Shown here: piece by piece, positions 8,247 through 15,652 of the stretch
How positions within the stretch are numbered: position 1 is the stretch's first letter
Layout of the letters: every line of letters starts with the position of its first letter
IMG/VR virus record: IMGVR_UViG_3300037467_000692
Location: 1 to 41,714 of that record
From: a virus
Lineage: Duplodnaviria; Caudoviricetes
DNA length: 41,714 nucleotides
Direction: 5' to 3' (one strand)
Translations under genes and position numbers: made by a program
The notes under the pieces: generated by a model
Seen by the model: the letters and a program-made list of their open reading frames with translations, nothing else
Database searches by the model: none
What the model was told of the DNA's origin: nothing

Positions 8247-8391
8247 GCGAGCGCGGCAGCGAACCGGCCGCAACTAGGCGCCGTACCATGTGGTCACCAC
8301 TATGCTCATAGGGTAGTGAGGTGATAGGTTTCACCCATCGCTCCGATAGAAATAAATTCGTTAGCGATCAGCAAATAGATCGCTTATAGGC

Positions 8392-8420
8392 TTGCAGTCT
8401 TTGAACTGTCAGTCCACAAT
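8392..8420 (+). promoter_or_regulatory. Early promoter P1
   Basis: gcTTGCAG-N17-CACAAT; member of a five-copy family. Confidence 0.6.
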
Positions 8421-8474
8421 ACGTACATCAGCAAACGCAAGCAACCTAACCCAAACAACGTCAAGGAGCCAGCC

Positions 8475-8777
8475 ATGTCCACCGTCACCGCAGCCACCAA
8501 AGCAGCAGCAAACGAAGTCAAAGTTACCGTCAACGAACTGACCCTGCTGCAAGCGATTCGCAGCGCCGCAAAAGAGCTCAAGGTTGACCCGGTCGAGATG
8601 GCCGTGCCTTGCGTCAACCCGTTCGCTACCAAGCAGCAAGGTTCGGGCACGTACGCAAGCGCCATGCGCAAGGGCCTCGTGCAGTCGCAGGACTACGGCA
8701 CCAAGGACCACGCCGTCAGCCTCACCGAACTGGGCGCCGCTGTGCTGAAGCGCGAAGATACCGGCGCCAAGAAGTAA
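8475..8777 (+). CDS. Putative winged-helix DNA-binding protein (100 aa)
   Basis: AAGGAG RBS; C-terminal KGLV...VSLTELGAAVL wing signature. Confidence 0.7.
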   Translation: MSTVTAATKAAANEVKVTVNELTLLQAIRSAAKELKVDPVEMAVPCVNPFATKQQGSGTYASAMRKGLVQSQDYGTKDHAVSLTELGAAVLKREDTGAKK

Positions 8778-8798
8778 CAAGCAACCACGGAGATAACC

Positions 8799-8975
8799 AT
8801 GACTTACGACGAAGCCGTTCAGTACGCGCAAAACATACGTGAAGACGTGAATATTATGCTTGACGAAAGGTCCGGAAAGTACCACGTCATTCGTCTGTTC
8901 GCTGTCGAGCACTGGCGGCAGCACTACAAGGACGTCGCAACGGTACGTGTACAGATGCTAGTCACACTGTTATAG
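8799..8975 (+). CDS. Hypothetical protein (58 aa, MTYDEAVQYAQ...; below the ORF-track cutoff)
   Basis: GGAG RBS, ATG at 8799, TAG at 8973-8975. Confidence 0.65.
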   Translation: MTYDEAVQYAQNIREDVNIMLDERSGKYHVIRLFAVEHWRQHYKDVATVRVQMLVTLL

Positions 8976-9019
8976 GTTGCATGTGGTCAACAGGGGGCGC
9001 TTCGGCGCCCTAAGTCGTC

Positions 9020-9103
9020 GGGGCGGTAGAGAACCGTCAAACTACCTGCTGTTCCGCGAGGCGGCAGGGTGCGGGTAACTACGTAGTCCCGTCCGCTCCA
9101 CCA
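9020..9103 (+). ncRNA. tRNA-like / tmRNA-TLD-like small RNA with alanine acceptor identity and no anticodon
   Basis: GGGGCGG (9020-9026) pairs with CCGCTCC (9093-9099) including G3:U70, followed by A and CCA; T-arm-like stem GCGGG/CCCGT; central helix capped by a GCGA tetraloop. Confidence 0.65.
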
Positions 9104-9142
9104 CGCTGTTACAAATTAATTCAAAGAATCTGGATAAAGTGC

Positions 9143-9171
9143 TTGCGTCACTGGATGTGTTCACGTATAGT
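9143..9171 (+). promoter_or_regulatory. Early promoter P2
   Basis: gcTTGCGT-N17-TATAGT with AT-rich upstream sequence. Confidence 0.75.
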
Positions 9172-9235
9172 TACATTCATACGCAGCACAACCAACCCGC
9201 AAGGGGCCAACCCTCAACACTAGGAGAAATGAGTC

Positions 9236-9472
9236 ATGGCTCACATTCACTTCGGACACTTTACTTACGCCAACAACCTCGGCACTGCCAACACTGCACA
9301 GCGTATCGTCGCTTGGGGCAACATTGACGACAACCTGTTCGACAACACTGACGATGGCTTCATGTACGAGATGGCGGGTTGCCTCGACGCACCGCAGCGC
9401 ATTCCGGCAGGCTCGACCAAGTGCTGGGAATCCAACCCGCTGTACGTCAGCTCCAGCCACATTAACCGCTAA
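9236..9472 (+). CDS. Hypothetical early protein (78 aa)
   Basis: AGGAG RBS downstream of P2. Confidence 0.7.
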   Translation: MAHIHFGHFTYANNLGTANTAQRIVAWGNIDDNLFDNTDDGFMYEMAGCLDAPQRIPAGSTKCWESNPLYVSSSHINR

Positions 9473-9519
9473 AATGTAGCCAAGCGCCCGCAAGGGCGCC
9501 ATCATTTAGGAGAATTGAC

Positions 9520-9942
9520 ATGTCCCAACAACCTCACCCCGTTCTCGGCGTATGGCAACAAGACGATGACGGCAACGCCGTCATGGAATACCTTGGCCGG
9601 CGTCTGGCCATCAAGTGGAACAACGTGCGCGGCATGTATGACGGGTTCATCGACGGCAAGGACGTTGACATGCACTCGCTTGGCACCGCGCAAGGGCTGG
9701 TCGGCCTGACCGGCATGCTGCAACGCGAGGCCCGAAAGCGGTACGAGGCAGAAACGTTCAAGTACAAGCAAGGACAGCGCGTGGAATGCGCATGGTGCGT
9801 GGACAATCAGTTGCGCAGCAACGGCATCATCGAACATGTGCGCTACGTGCCGGAGGCTGGCGACCGTGAGCCCGCCTACCTGATCAACTTCGGTGACGGG
9901 CTGTGCCAAGCCAACGAATCCGAAATCCGCTTAGGGGAGTAA
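9520..9942 (+). CDS. Hypothetical protein, possible C-terminal SH3/Tudor-like barrel (140 aa)
   Basis: AGGAG RBS; YKQGQRV...G.I...YLINF...ESEI pattern. Confidence 0.75.
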   Translation: MSQQPHPVLGVWQQDDDGNAVMEYLGRRLAIKWNNVRGMYDGFIDGKDVDMHSLGTAQGLVGLTGMLQREARKRYEAETFKYKQGQRVECAWCVDNQLRSNGIIEHVRYVPEAGDREPAYLINFGDGLCQANESEIRLGE

Positions 9943-9945
9943 CGT

Positions 9946-10587
9946 ATGTACATCATTCAGAACGACAAAGGCGAGATCTACGACGGCTGGCACGTCTACA
10001 CGCCGAACCAGATGGAACCGATATTTAGCGTCAACGCCGCCCTGCTGGTGCCCGCACAAGCGGTGGATGCTGTGGTCACCGCGCTCGAGCGGGCGGACGA
10101 AGTGGTGCACGCCATCCCAATTCCAGCACCCGGCGAACAGCACCCGGAGATTGCCCGGCTGGCGGCGCATGTGCAGCACCTCGAGAAGCTGCGACCACAC
10201 TGGGCGCAGGGCTACACCAGCGACGGGCAGGCTGCGCAGGCCGCTACCGGCGCCCTACAGACGTTGTGGGACATGCTGGGCGCCACCGACCAGACGCAGG
10301 CGGTGCAGAAGCTGCGCGATCTGATCGCATTGCCAGCAGTCAGCCAGAAGGACGGGGAATTGGTCTACCAGATGCGCAACAGGCTCGGTGGTCCGTGGAA
10401 CCCTACGGATGCAGACGGCGTCGCGGCATTGCAGCGTATGCCGAAATGGAAAGGTGTGTATGAGTTCCGCACGTTACAAGTCGTGTCCTCTGCAACAACC
10501 ACGGCCGTGCAAGCTGAGTGCACATGTGCATACGACCTCGGTGTTACTCGGTTCAACACTTGCCCCGGCTGCGGTGCGTCTAAATAA
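9946..10587 (+). CDS. Hypothetical protein (213 aa) with C-terminal Cys ribbon
   Basis: GGGGAG RBS; CTC...CPGC at the C-terminus. Confidence 0.75.
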   Translation: MYIIQNDKGEIYDGWHVYTPNQMEPIFSVNAALLVPAQAVDAVVTALERADEVVHAIPIPAPGEQHPEIARLAAHVQHLEKLRPHWAQGYTSDGQAAQAATGALQTLWDMLGATDQTQAVQKLRDLIALPAVSQKDGELVYQMRNRLGGPWNPTDADGVAALQRMPKWKGVYEFRTLQVVSSATTTAVQAECTCAYDLGVTRFNTCPGCGASK

Positions 10588-10590
10588 TGC

Positions 10591-10619
10591 TTGCAGAGCT
10601 GGATGTGTTCGGTTACATT
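10591..10619 (+). promoter_or_regulatory. Early promoter P3
   Basis: gcTTGCAG-N17-TACATT; spacer shares CTGGATGTGTTC with P2. Confidence 0.7.
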
Positions 10620-10651
10620 AAACACATCCAGCAACCAAGCGGGGTAAGTAA

Positions 10652-10858
10652 ATGACCAAAGTTCAGTTTCTCGAAGATTTGCAAGCCCTCCTTGCCCCGT
10701 ACATTGCCGCAGGTCGCAATAACCCGGCCATTGTGCGGCACATCAACAAAGTTACTGCTATGTCCCAAGAACAGTTCGAAGTCCACTATGCTGCGCAGCA
10801 GGCTCAGAAAGCTGAACGCCATGCTGCCGCCCGCCGCATGGCTAAGGCTCAGTTCTAA
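10652..10858 (+). CDS. Hypothetical protein (68 aa)
   Basis: First ORF after P3. Confidence 0.65.
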   Translation: MTKVQFLEDLQALLAPYIAAGRNNPAIVRHINKVTAMSQEQFEVHYAAQQAQKAERHAAARRMAKAQF

Positions 10859-10878
10859 CCCATCCAAAAGGTGAAATT

Positions 10879-11121
10879 GTGTTCCAAGTAATCATTACCG
10901 CTGCCCTACCCGACCGCCGCAGCCCTACCAAATTCATCAACGTTGCGACGCTGGTGCTGGCCACGGCGTGCGAGCGCGCTACGGCCGAATGGCTCTGCGA
11001 TAACGCCGAAGAATCCAGTGATTACTTGCGCATGGTGTTCACCTTGCAAGGGTTGTTCCCGGGATGTCAGATTGCAACTGGTGTGCGTCCGGTTGTAACT
11101 GACATCATGCCGCAACGCTGA
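10879..11121 (+). CDS. Hypothetical protein (80 aa)
   Basis: AAGGTG RBS, GTG start. Confidence 0.6.
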   Translation: MFQVIITAALPDRRSPTKFINVATLVLATACERATAEWLCDNAEESSDYLRMVFTLQGLFPGCQIATGVRPVVTDIMPQR

Positions 11122-11184
11122 ACCAGAAGCCTGTACACTGCAAATGCCCGCATGGTGCGGGCGAATACCTCTAGGAGAGTGAAA

Positions 11185-11373
11185 TTGAACAAAGCCACTG
11201 CAACGGTCGTCACGGCCGACCAGCGCACCACGCGCACCGCAAGCGTATCCGGCAACAAGACCTACATCCAGACTGAATTCGGCATGGCAGTCTTCGACCG
11301 CCCGTTCAGCGTGGTGGAGCTGGTCGACTTCATCTGCGACCCGCTGCGTTCGCGTCCGCCTGTTGTTGCCTAA
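11185..11373 (+). CDS. Hypothetical protein (about 62 aa)
   Basis: AGGAG RBS 7 nt before a TTG start. Confidence 0.55.
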   Translation: MNKATATVVTADQRTTRTASVSGNKTYIQTEFGMAVFDRPFSVVELVDFICDPLRSRPPVVA

Positions 11374-11428
11374 CCAGTTGTACAATGCACAAGCCCGCAT
11401 GTGCGGGCATACCCTATTTGGAGGTGAA

Positions 11429-11722
11429 ATGAGTATCACTCGGATGGATTGGGTCAACGGCCAGCCCAAGACGTTGAAGGCGCTGCGCATGTGGCATTGG
11501 CGGCAGATGCTGGTCAACCGCGCTGAACAGATTAAATTTGAAACGCTTGCAATCAACATGGGTTCGGATTACCCGGCCAAGCGGGACACGTTCACAGCCA
11601 TTGCGGACCACGCCCGGCAGCAAGCAAACCTGCATCTGTCCGCCGTACAGGTGCTGAACGACAGCGTGCCCGGCACGGCTGAACAAGACTGCTCAGCGGA
11701 GGTCAAGAATGAGCAGGGTTAA
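11429..11722 (+). CDS. Hypothetical protein (97 aa)
   Basis: GGAGG RBS before ATG at 11429. Confidence 0.7.
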   Translation: MSITRMDWVNGQPKTLKALRMWHWRQMLVNRAEQIKFETLAINMGSDYPAKRDTFTAIADHARQQANLHLSAVQVLNDSVPGTAEQDCSAEVKNEQG

Positions 11723-12023
11723 GGAGATGGTAACGGGGCCGTATGAGGTTCTATTCGGGCACGACCGCGAGATCAAACGTGACGTATACGACATCGTGGA
11801 TACGCGTGTGTCCGAGGCGCCAGTTTCGCGCAGCTACACGGAGGATGACGCGCAGCTTGTGTGCGACGCCCTGAACTTCCATCATAACTGCATGGCGCAC
11901 GCGCACGAAGTGCTTGACTTCACGCGCCCTGCGCGCCCGAGTACGTATCACCTGACGTGCGCATGCGGTGAACCTGCCGCACAAGGCATCATACACAGAC
12001 GCAACCTGTGCCGACCGGCCTAG
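11709..12023 (+). CDS. Hypothetical protein (104 aa)
   Basis: GGAGG RBS, overlaps the upstream gene. Confidence 0.7.
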   Translation: MSRVKEMVTGPYEVLFGHDREIKRDVYDIVDTRVSEAPVSRSYTEDDAQLVCDALNFHHNCMAHAHEVLDFTRPARPSTYHLTCACGEPAAQGIIHRRNLCRPA

Positions 12024-12045
12024 CGCCACGCACTGTGGTCACCTG

Positions 12046-12070
12046 CGGCCCTTCGGGGCCGTTGTTGTTT
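12046..12070 (+). terminator. Probable intrinsic terminator
   Basis: CGGCCC-TTCG-GGGCCG followed by TTGTTGTTT. Confidence 0.55.
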
Positions 12071-12083
12071 GCGCAAATAGTGC

Positions 12084-12112
12084 TTGCACAGTTCAGAAGT
12101 TTCCTCCACTAT
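12084..12112 (+). promoter_or_regulatory. Early promoter P4
   Basis: gcTTGCAC-N17-CACTAT with AAATA upstream. Confidence 0.6.
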
Positions 12113-12139
12113 AAGCACATCTAACGCACGGAGGCACAC

Positions 12140-12466
12140 ATGCAACTCACCGCCAAACAAGTTCAGCGCATTGACACGATTACCAATCTGATTGTCAAGT
12201 ATTACCAAGACCGCACCAGCACCGGGCGCTTCGACTTTCACATCGTTGAGCAGCGCGAGAACGGCGAGGTGTACGTGTTCTGCTCCAATAACAACGACCT
12301 GCGCTGGTTCGATACACACCACTGGGCGGGCTTCTTCATCACTAAGGGTGGCAGCGTGCGCTACTACACCGGCAGCATGTCGCCGAAGCTGGTGCTGCCG
12401 GTGGTGCCGCGCCTCTGCAAGTACGAGAATCCGTACAAAAAATCTAAAAAATCTACACAAGCGTAG
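12140..12466 (+). CDS. Hypothetical protein (108 aa)
   Basis: GGAGG RBS downstream of P4. Confidence 0.75.
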   Translation: MQLTAKQVQRIDTITNLIVKYYQDRTSTGRFDFHIVEQRENGEVYVFCSNNNDLRWFDTHHWAGFFITKGGSVRYYTGSMSPKLVLPVVPRLCKYENPYKKSKKSTQA

Positions 12467-12535
12467 AACGTTCTGTTACATTAAGCCAGTCCGCAGCATG
12501 TGCTACGGCAACACCCTAACCACAGGAGAAATTGT

Positions 12536-13339
12536 ATGTCCGACGTATCCAACCGCGTGCTTGCCCGCTTCCGCAAGCTGATGAACCTCGCCAACAATGC
12601 CGGGGCAACCGAAGGCGAACGTGCTGCCGCGCTGCACCACGCTAACACCCTGATGCAGAAGTACAACCTGTCGTTGGCTGAGCTGCCGCCTGAGCAGAAC
12701 GACGAGGCGCGCGAGGAACAAAAAGTCACCATCAGCGGGGACCGTTGGATCCGAGACATCTGCGGCGACATTGCCGACCTGTTCTTCTGCAAATACCTCT
12801 ACAGCAGCACGGGCACTAGCGGCAAGACCAACCATCACTTTATCGGCCGGCAAAGCAACGTCATCACGGCCATGGGCATGTCGGAGTACCTGATCAAATC
12901 CATTAAGCGTGAGGCAACCAAGCGCTACCGTACGCCAACCACGCCCGAGGGCCGCAGCTTCTGCGTTGGCGCGACCCGTACCTTGTGCGTGCGCATCGGT
13001 GAGGAGAAAGCGGCCAAGGTTGCACAGGCAGACAAGTTCACCACTGCCAGAGCCGAGACCGAATATGGTATGGACGAGGTTGCCAAGGAAACGTCGGCTG
13101 ACTTCGCTGGCGTCAAGACCACTGCGCTCGCGCTGGCCAACCTGTACAAGTCGGAAGAGGAGGCGAACGCGCTTGTTGTGGCCAACCTGTACGGCGATCG
13201 CGTGCAGACTAAGAAATACCGGCAAGGGGGCAACCTGCAAGCTAATGCGTTCTACGACGGCAAGGAACACGGTAAAACCATCGGCCTCAATCAGCAAGTC
13301 GGCGGCACTGTACCAAAGCGCACCGCCATCGGTAACTAA
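12536..13339 (+). CDS. DUF2786-family protein
   Basis: N-terminal RFRKLMNLA...TEGERAAA...ANTLMQKYNL signature; AGGAG RBS. Confidence 0.8.
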   Translation: MSDVSNRVLARFRKLMNLANNAGATEGERAAALHHANTLMQKYNLSLAELPPEQNDEAREEQKVTISGDRWIRDICGDIADLFFCKYLYSSTGTSGKTNHHFIGRQSNVITAMGMSEYLIKSIKREATKRYRTPTTPEGRSFCVGATRTLCVRIGEEKAAKVAQADKFTTARAETEYGMDEVAKETSADFAGVKTTALALANLYKSEEEANALVVANLYGDRVQTKKYRQGGNLQANAFYDGKEHGKTIGLNQQVGGTVPKRTAIGN

Positions 13340-13383
13340 TCTTTACCCGGACCATTACGGGCCAACCCTACCAAGGAGAAATT

Positions 13384-13695
13384 GTGGAACCCATTCTGAA
13401 CATCAAGACTGCATACTGGCGCAACGGCAAGGTTGTACGCCTCAACTCGTCGAAGGACATCGACCGCGCCGTTGGGCAGGCCATCACCCACATGCGCCGC
13501 AACCGCAACAAGGCAGACTACGTCGAGGTCTACGACGCGGCAGACGCCGACCGCTTGCATGCTCAAGTGTTGCGCAGCCCGGCAACCGGCGACATCAAAA
13601 TCTGGGAACGCAAGGCTGACGGCGTACAGGCCAGCAAGTTCGCCGCCACTCCGCTGATCCACATGCCCCGGCCGCACTTGCGCGCCGTACGCTAG
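13384..13695 (+). CDS. Hypothetical protein (103 aa)
   Basis: AAGGAG RBS, GTG start. Confidence 0.75.
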   Translation: MEPILNIKTAYWRNGKVVRLNSSKDIDRAVGQAITHMRRNRNKADYVEVYDAADADRLHAQVLRSPATGDIKIWERKADGVQASKFAATPLIHMPRPHLRAVR

Positions 13696-13849
13696 GCCCT
13701 ACACGCCGCGCAAGCGGCTCGCTGCCACCCTGCCCCTGAGCCCGTGCCGATCGGGCCGTGGCGGGGCTGTGCGCGAGCCGGCGTCGCCAGCGCTGTGCAT
13801 CGGCAACACCCATCCGGCGCAGTGCCGGCAATCCAGTTAACGCATCCGC

Positions 13850-13879
13850 TTGCATGGATGGAAAATCACTGTGCATAAT
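13850..13879 (+). promoter_or_regulatory. Promoter P5
   Basis: gcTTGCAT-N18-CATAAT; same family as P1-P4. Confidence 0.55.
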
Positions 13880-13885
13880 GCTGCC

Positions 13886-14272
13886 AAGCACAAAGCAGCC
13901 CAAGAGTAAGCCGGACCGCCCTCGCACCACACAGCAATGCGAGGTGCCGGGGCTGAACCGGCCCAGGATTGGGACTCCCGTTACGGCGCGGGGCATGACA
14001 GGCAACATACACCGTACGCAACGCACAAACGAACAGAATTGTAGTAAAGGTGCGCCACAACAGTCCGAAAGGAATGGGAGACGCCCTCGAACAGGCCCTT
14101 TAAGCTGGGGGCAACCGGGATCACGCGATAGAAGCCTTAAAGCGCCCGCCTGTTCACCCACAGCTTGCATACAGGGGCGTCTGGATAGGGTGCGTCAACA
14201 CCTCAAACGCTTTGACGGGCGCCTCGCGCAGAGGACCGGACAACCCTGCATGCAAGTTGCACTCAACCAATC
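13886..14272 (+). ncRNA. Candidate structured ncRNA or long 5' leader (about 390 nt)
   Basis: No RBS-supported ORF; nested helices 14079-87/14174-82, 14089-96/14148-55, 14098-104/14136-42, 13975-82/14073-80; GAAA and GCAA tetraloops. Confidence 0.5.
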
Positions 14273-14282
14273 GGAGGATGAA

Positions 14283-14546
14283 ATGAGTCAAGTAAGTAAC
14301 GGCATCGTGTACAAAACGCCATCGGGCAAGTTCGTGCGCACGTTCCAAGTGCGCAACCACGTCGGCACCCGCGAATTCGTGCAGGAGACGCCCGACATCC
14401 ACTGCGCCACTGTGGTCAGGGGCCTGTACCAGATGGACGTCAAGCGCATGGCCGAGCGCGAGTTCGGCGAGCTGACCGAAGTGGAAATCGAGATCACCCG
14501 CGAGATCAAAATTCTACGTGACGGGCAGCAGCCCTCGCTCTGCTAA
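14283..14546 (+). CDS. Hypothetical protein (87 aa)
   Basis: GGAGG RBS before ATG at 14283; the longer 13758 start in the track is unsupported. Confidence 0.7.
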   Translation: MSQVSNGIVYKTPSGKFVRTFQVRNHVGTREFVQETPDIHCATVVRGLYQMDVKRMAEREFGELTEVEIEITREIKILRDGQQPSLC

Positions 14547-14549
14547 GCC

Positions 14550-14903
14550 ATGGCCCGCATCGTTCACGGCTACGTCCTCATTTCCGATCAGGGCGTAACG
14601 GGTGACCCTATCCGTCCACTTCTTTACATCCGGGTGCGCTTCCCCGGCGCAAACCGCACAATCATTGAAGCTCACATCAAGCAGACGACTGACATCTACG
14701 AATGCACCGTGTTCAACGATGACAATCCAATTCACGATTCGGCTTTGGTGGTTGTGCACCGGATGTACCCTAATGCAGTACCCGTGCGGGTCCAGTTGAC
14801 CCGTGTCATTGATGTTATTGTGGAGATACCAAGTGAAAATCCCGCCAGTGATTCTGATGTCCAGCGGTTGCGAGTTCAACTTCCTCGAACCAGAGACAAG
14901 TAA
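14550..14903 (+). CDS. Hypothetical protein (117 aa)
   Basis: Starts 3 nt after the upstream stop; 3' end overlaps the HD gene. Confidence 0.55.
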   Translation: MARIVHGYVLISDQGVTGDPIRPLLYIRVRFPGANRTIIEAHIKQTTDIYECTVFNDDNPIHDSALVVVHRMYPNAVPVRVQLTRVIDVIVEIPSENPASDSDVQRLRVQLPRTRDK

Positions 14904-15375
14904 GTTCAAGCTGCTCGACATTGCGTCGGCACTGTCCAAGATCTGCCGTTTTACTGGCCACACCCGGCAGTTCTACAGCGTGGCGCAGCACAGCGTTATG
15001 TGCAGCCACCTTGTCCCCAAAGAAGACCGCCTTGCTGCCCTGATGCACGACGCGGCCGAAGCCTTTATTGGTGACGTGTCCACGCCGCTCAAGCAACTGC
15101 TGCCGGACTACAAGGCCATTGAGGCGCGCGTCGAAGCTGTCGTGTTTGCCCGATTTGGCCTGCCGGCAGAACTGCCGAGCAGCGTCAAGGCGGCGGACCT
15201 GCGCATGCTGGCAACCGAAGCAAAGAAGTTCATGCCGCGCGAGGCAATGAACTGGGACATCCTGGCTTTCGTGGAACTGGTTCCGGTTAATCTGGTGCCG
15301 TGGTCCCCTGCGCAGGCACAGGCAGAGTTTCTGGACCGCTACCAAGAAATCACTGGCCTGAATCCGTACCTGTAA
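14833..15375 (+). CDS. HD-domain phosphohydrolase (YfbR/YfdR-like 5'-deoxynucleotidase family)
   Basis: CRFTGH..FYSVAQHS, LMHDAAEAFIGD..TPLK, VKAAD; GGAG RBS before GTG at 14833. Confidence 0.88.
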   Translation: MKIPPVILMSSGCEFNFLEPETSKFKLLDIASALSKICRFTGHTRQFYSVAQHSVMCSHLVPKEDRLAALMHDAAEAFIGDVSTPLKQLLPDYKAIEARVEAVVFARFGLPAELPSSVKAADLRMLATEAKKFMPREAMNWDILAFVELVPVNLVPWSPAQAQAEFLDRYQEITGLNPYL

Positions 15376-15430
15376 CCGGTACAATAACGGGTCGCGTTCA
15401 GTGACCCTATTCAACCAACCGGAGGACAAC

Positions 15431-15652
15431 ATGGCAGACCAAATCAGACCGCGTGCGGCTAAGCCCCGCGCACGCTACAGCAACGGGCAATGGTGCGTTT
15501 TCAACGGCACCGGAAATAACGATGCAACTATGTGCGCCGTCGCAACCGAGTTCCGTGAGGCACTTTACGGCTTCTCGCTGGCAAAGAGCTGGGCACGCCG
15601 GAATAACGTGCAGCGCGGCGACAAGGTTCAGATAAACATGGTCAACCCATGA
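15431..15652 (+). CDS. Hypothetical protein (73 aa)
   Basis: GGAGG RBS. Confidence 0.7.
   Translation: MADQIRPRAAKPRARYSNGQWCVFNGTGNNDATMCAVATEFREALYGFSLAKSWARRNNVQRGDKVQINMVNP

Noticed and set aside
7798-8474. CRISPR array
   Set aside because: Repeats are only 5-6 nt, irregularly spaced and in both orientations; no cas genes.
9020-9103. Canonical tRNA-Ala gene or an attP fragment of host ssrA/tRNA
   Set aside because: No 7-nt anticodon loop and no TTCRA T-loop. An attP would copy only the host 3' end, whereas both acceptor strands are present and the T-loop is divergent. No integrase is nearby.
13886-14272. RNase P RNA, CsrA/Rsm sponge or self-splicing intron
   Set aside because: The RNase P GAGGAAAGTCC core is absent; about ten GGA trinucleotides is near chance for this GC content and few are in loops; no group I/II core motifs or interrupted gene were recognised.
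13758-14282. N-terminal 175 codons of the 262-aa ORF
   Set aside because: No RBS, a low-information Arg/Pro/Gly-rich translation and an internal promoter; the strong GGAGG RBS supports the start at 14283.
1644-15375. 2-aminoadenine (Z) or 7-deazaguanine DNA modification system
   Set aside because: MazG-like and HD genes are common in unmodified phages and lie far apart here; no purZ, queC/D/E, folE or dpdA is in the window.
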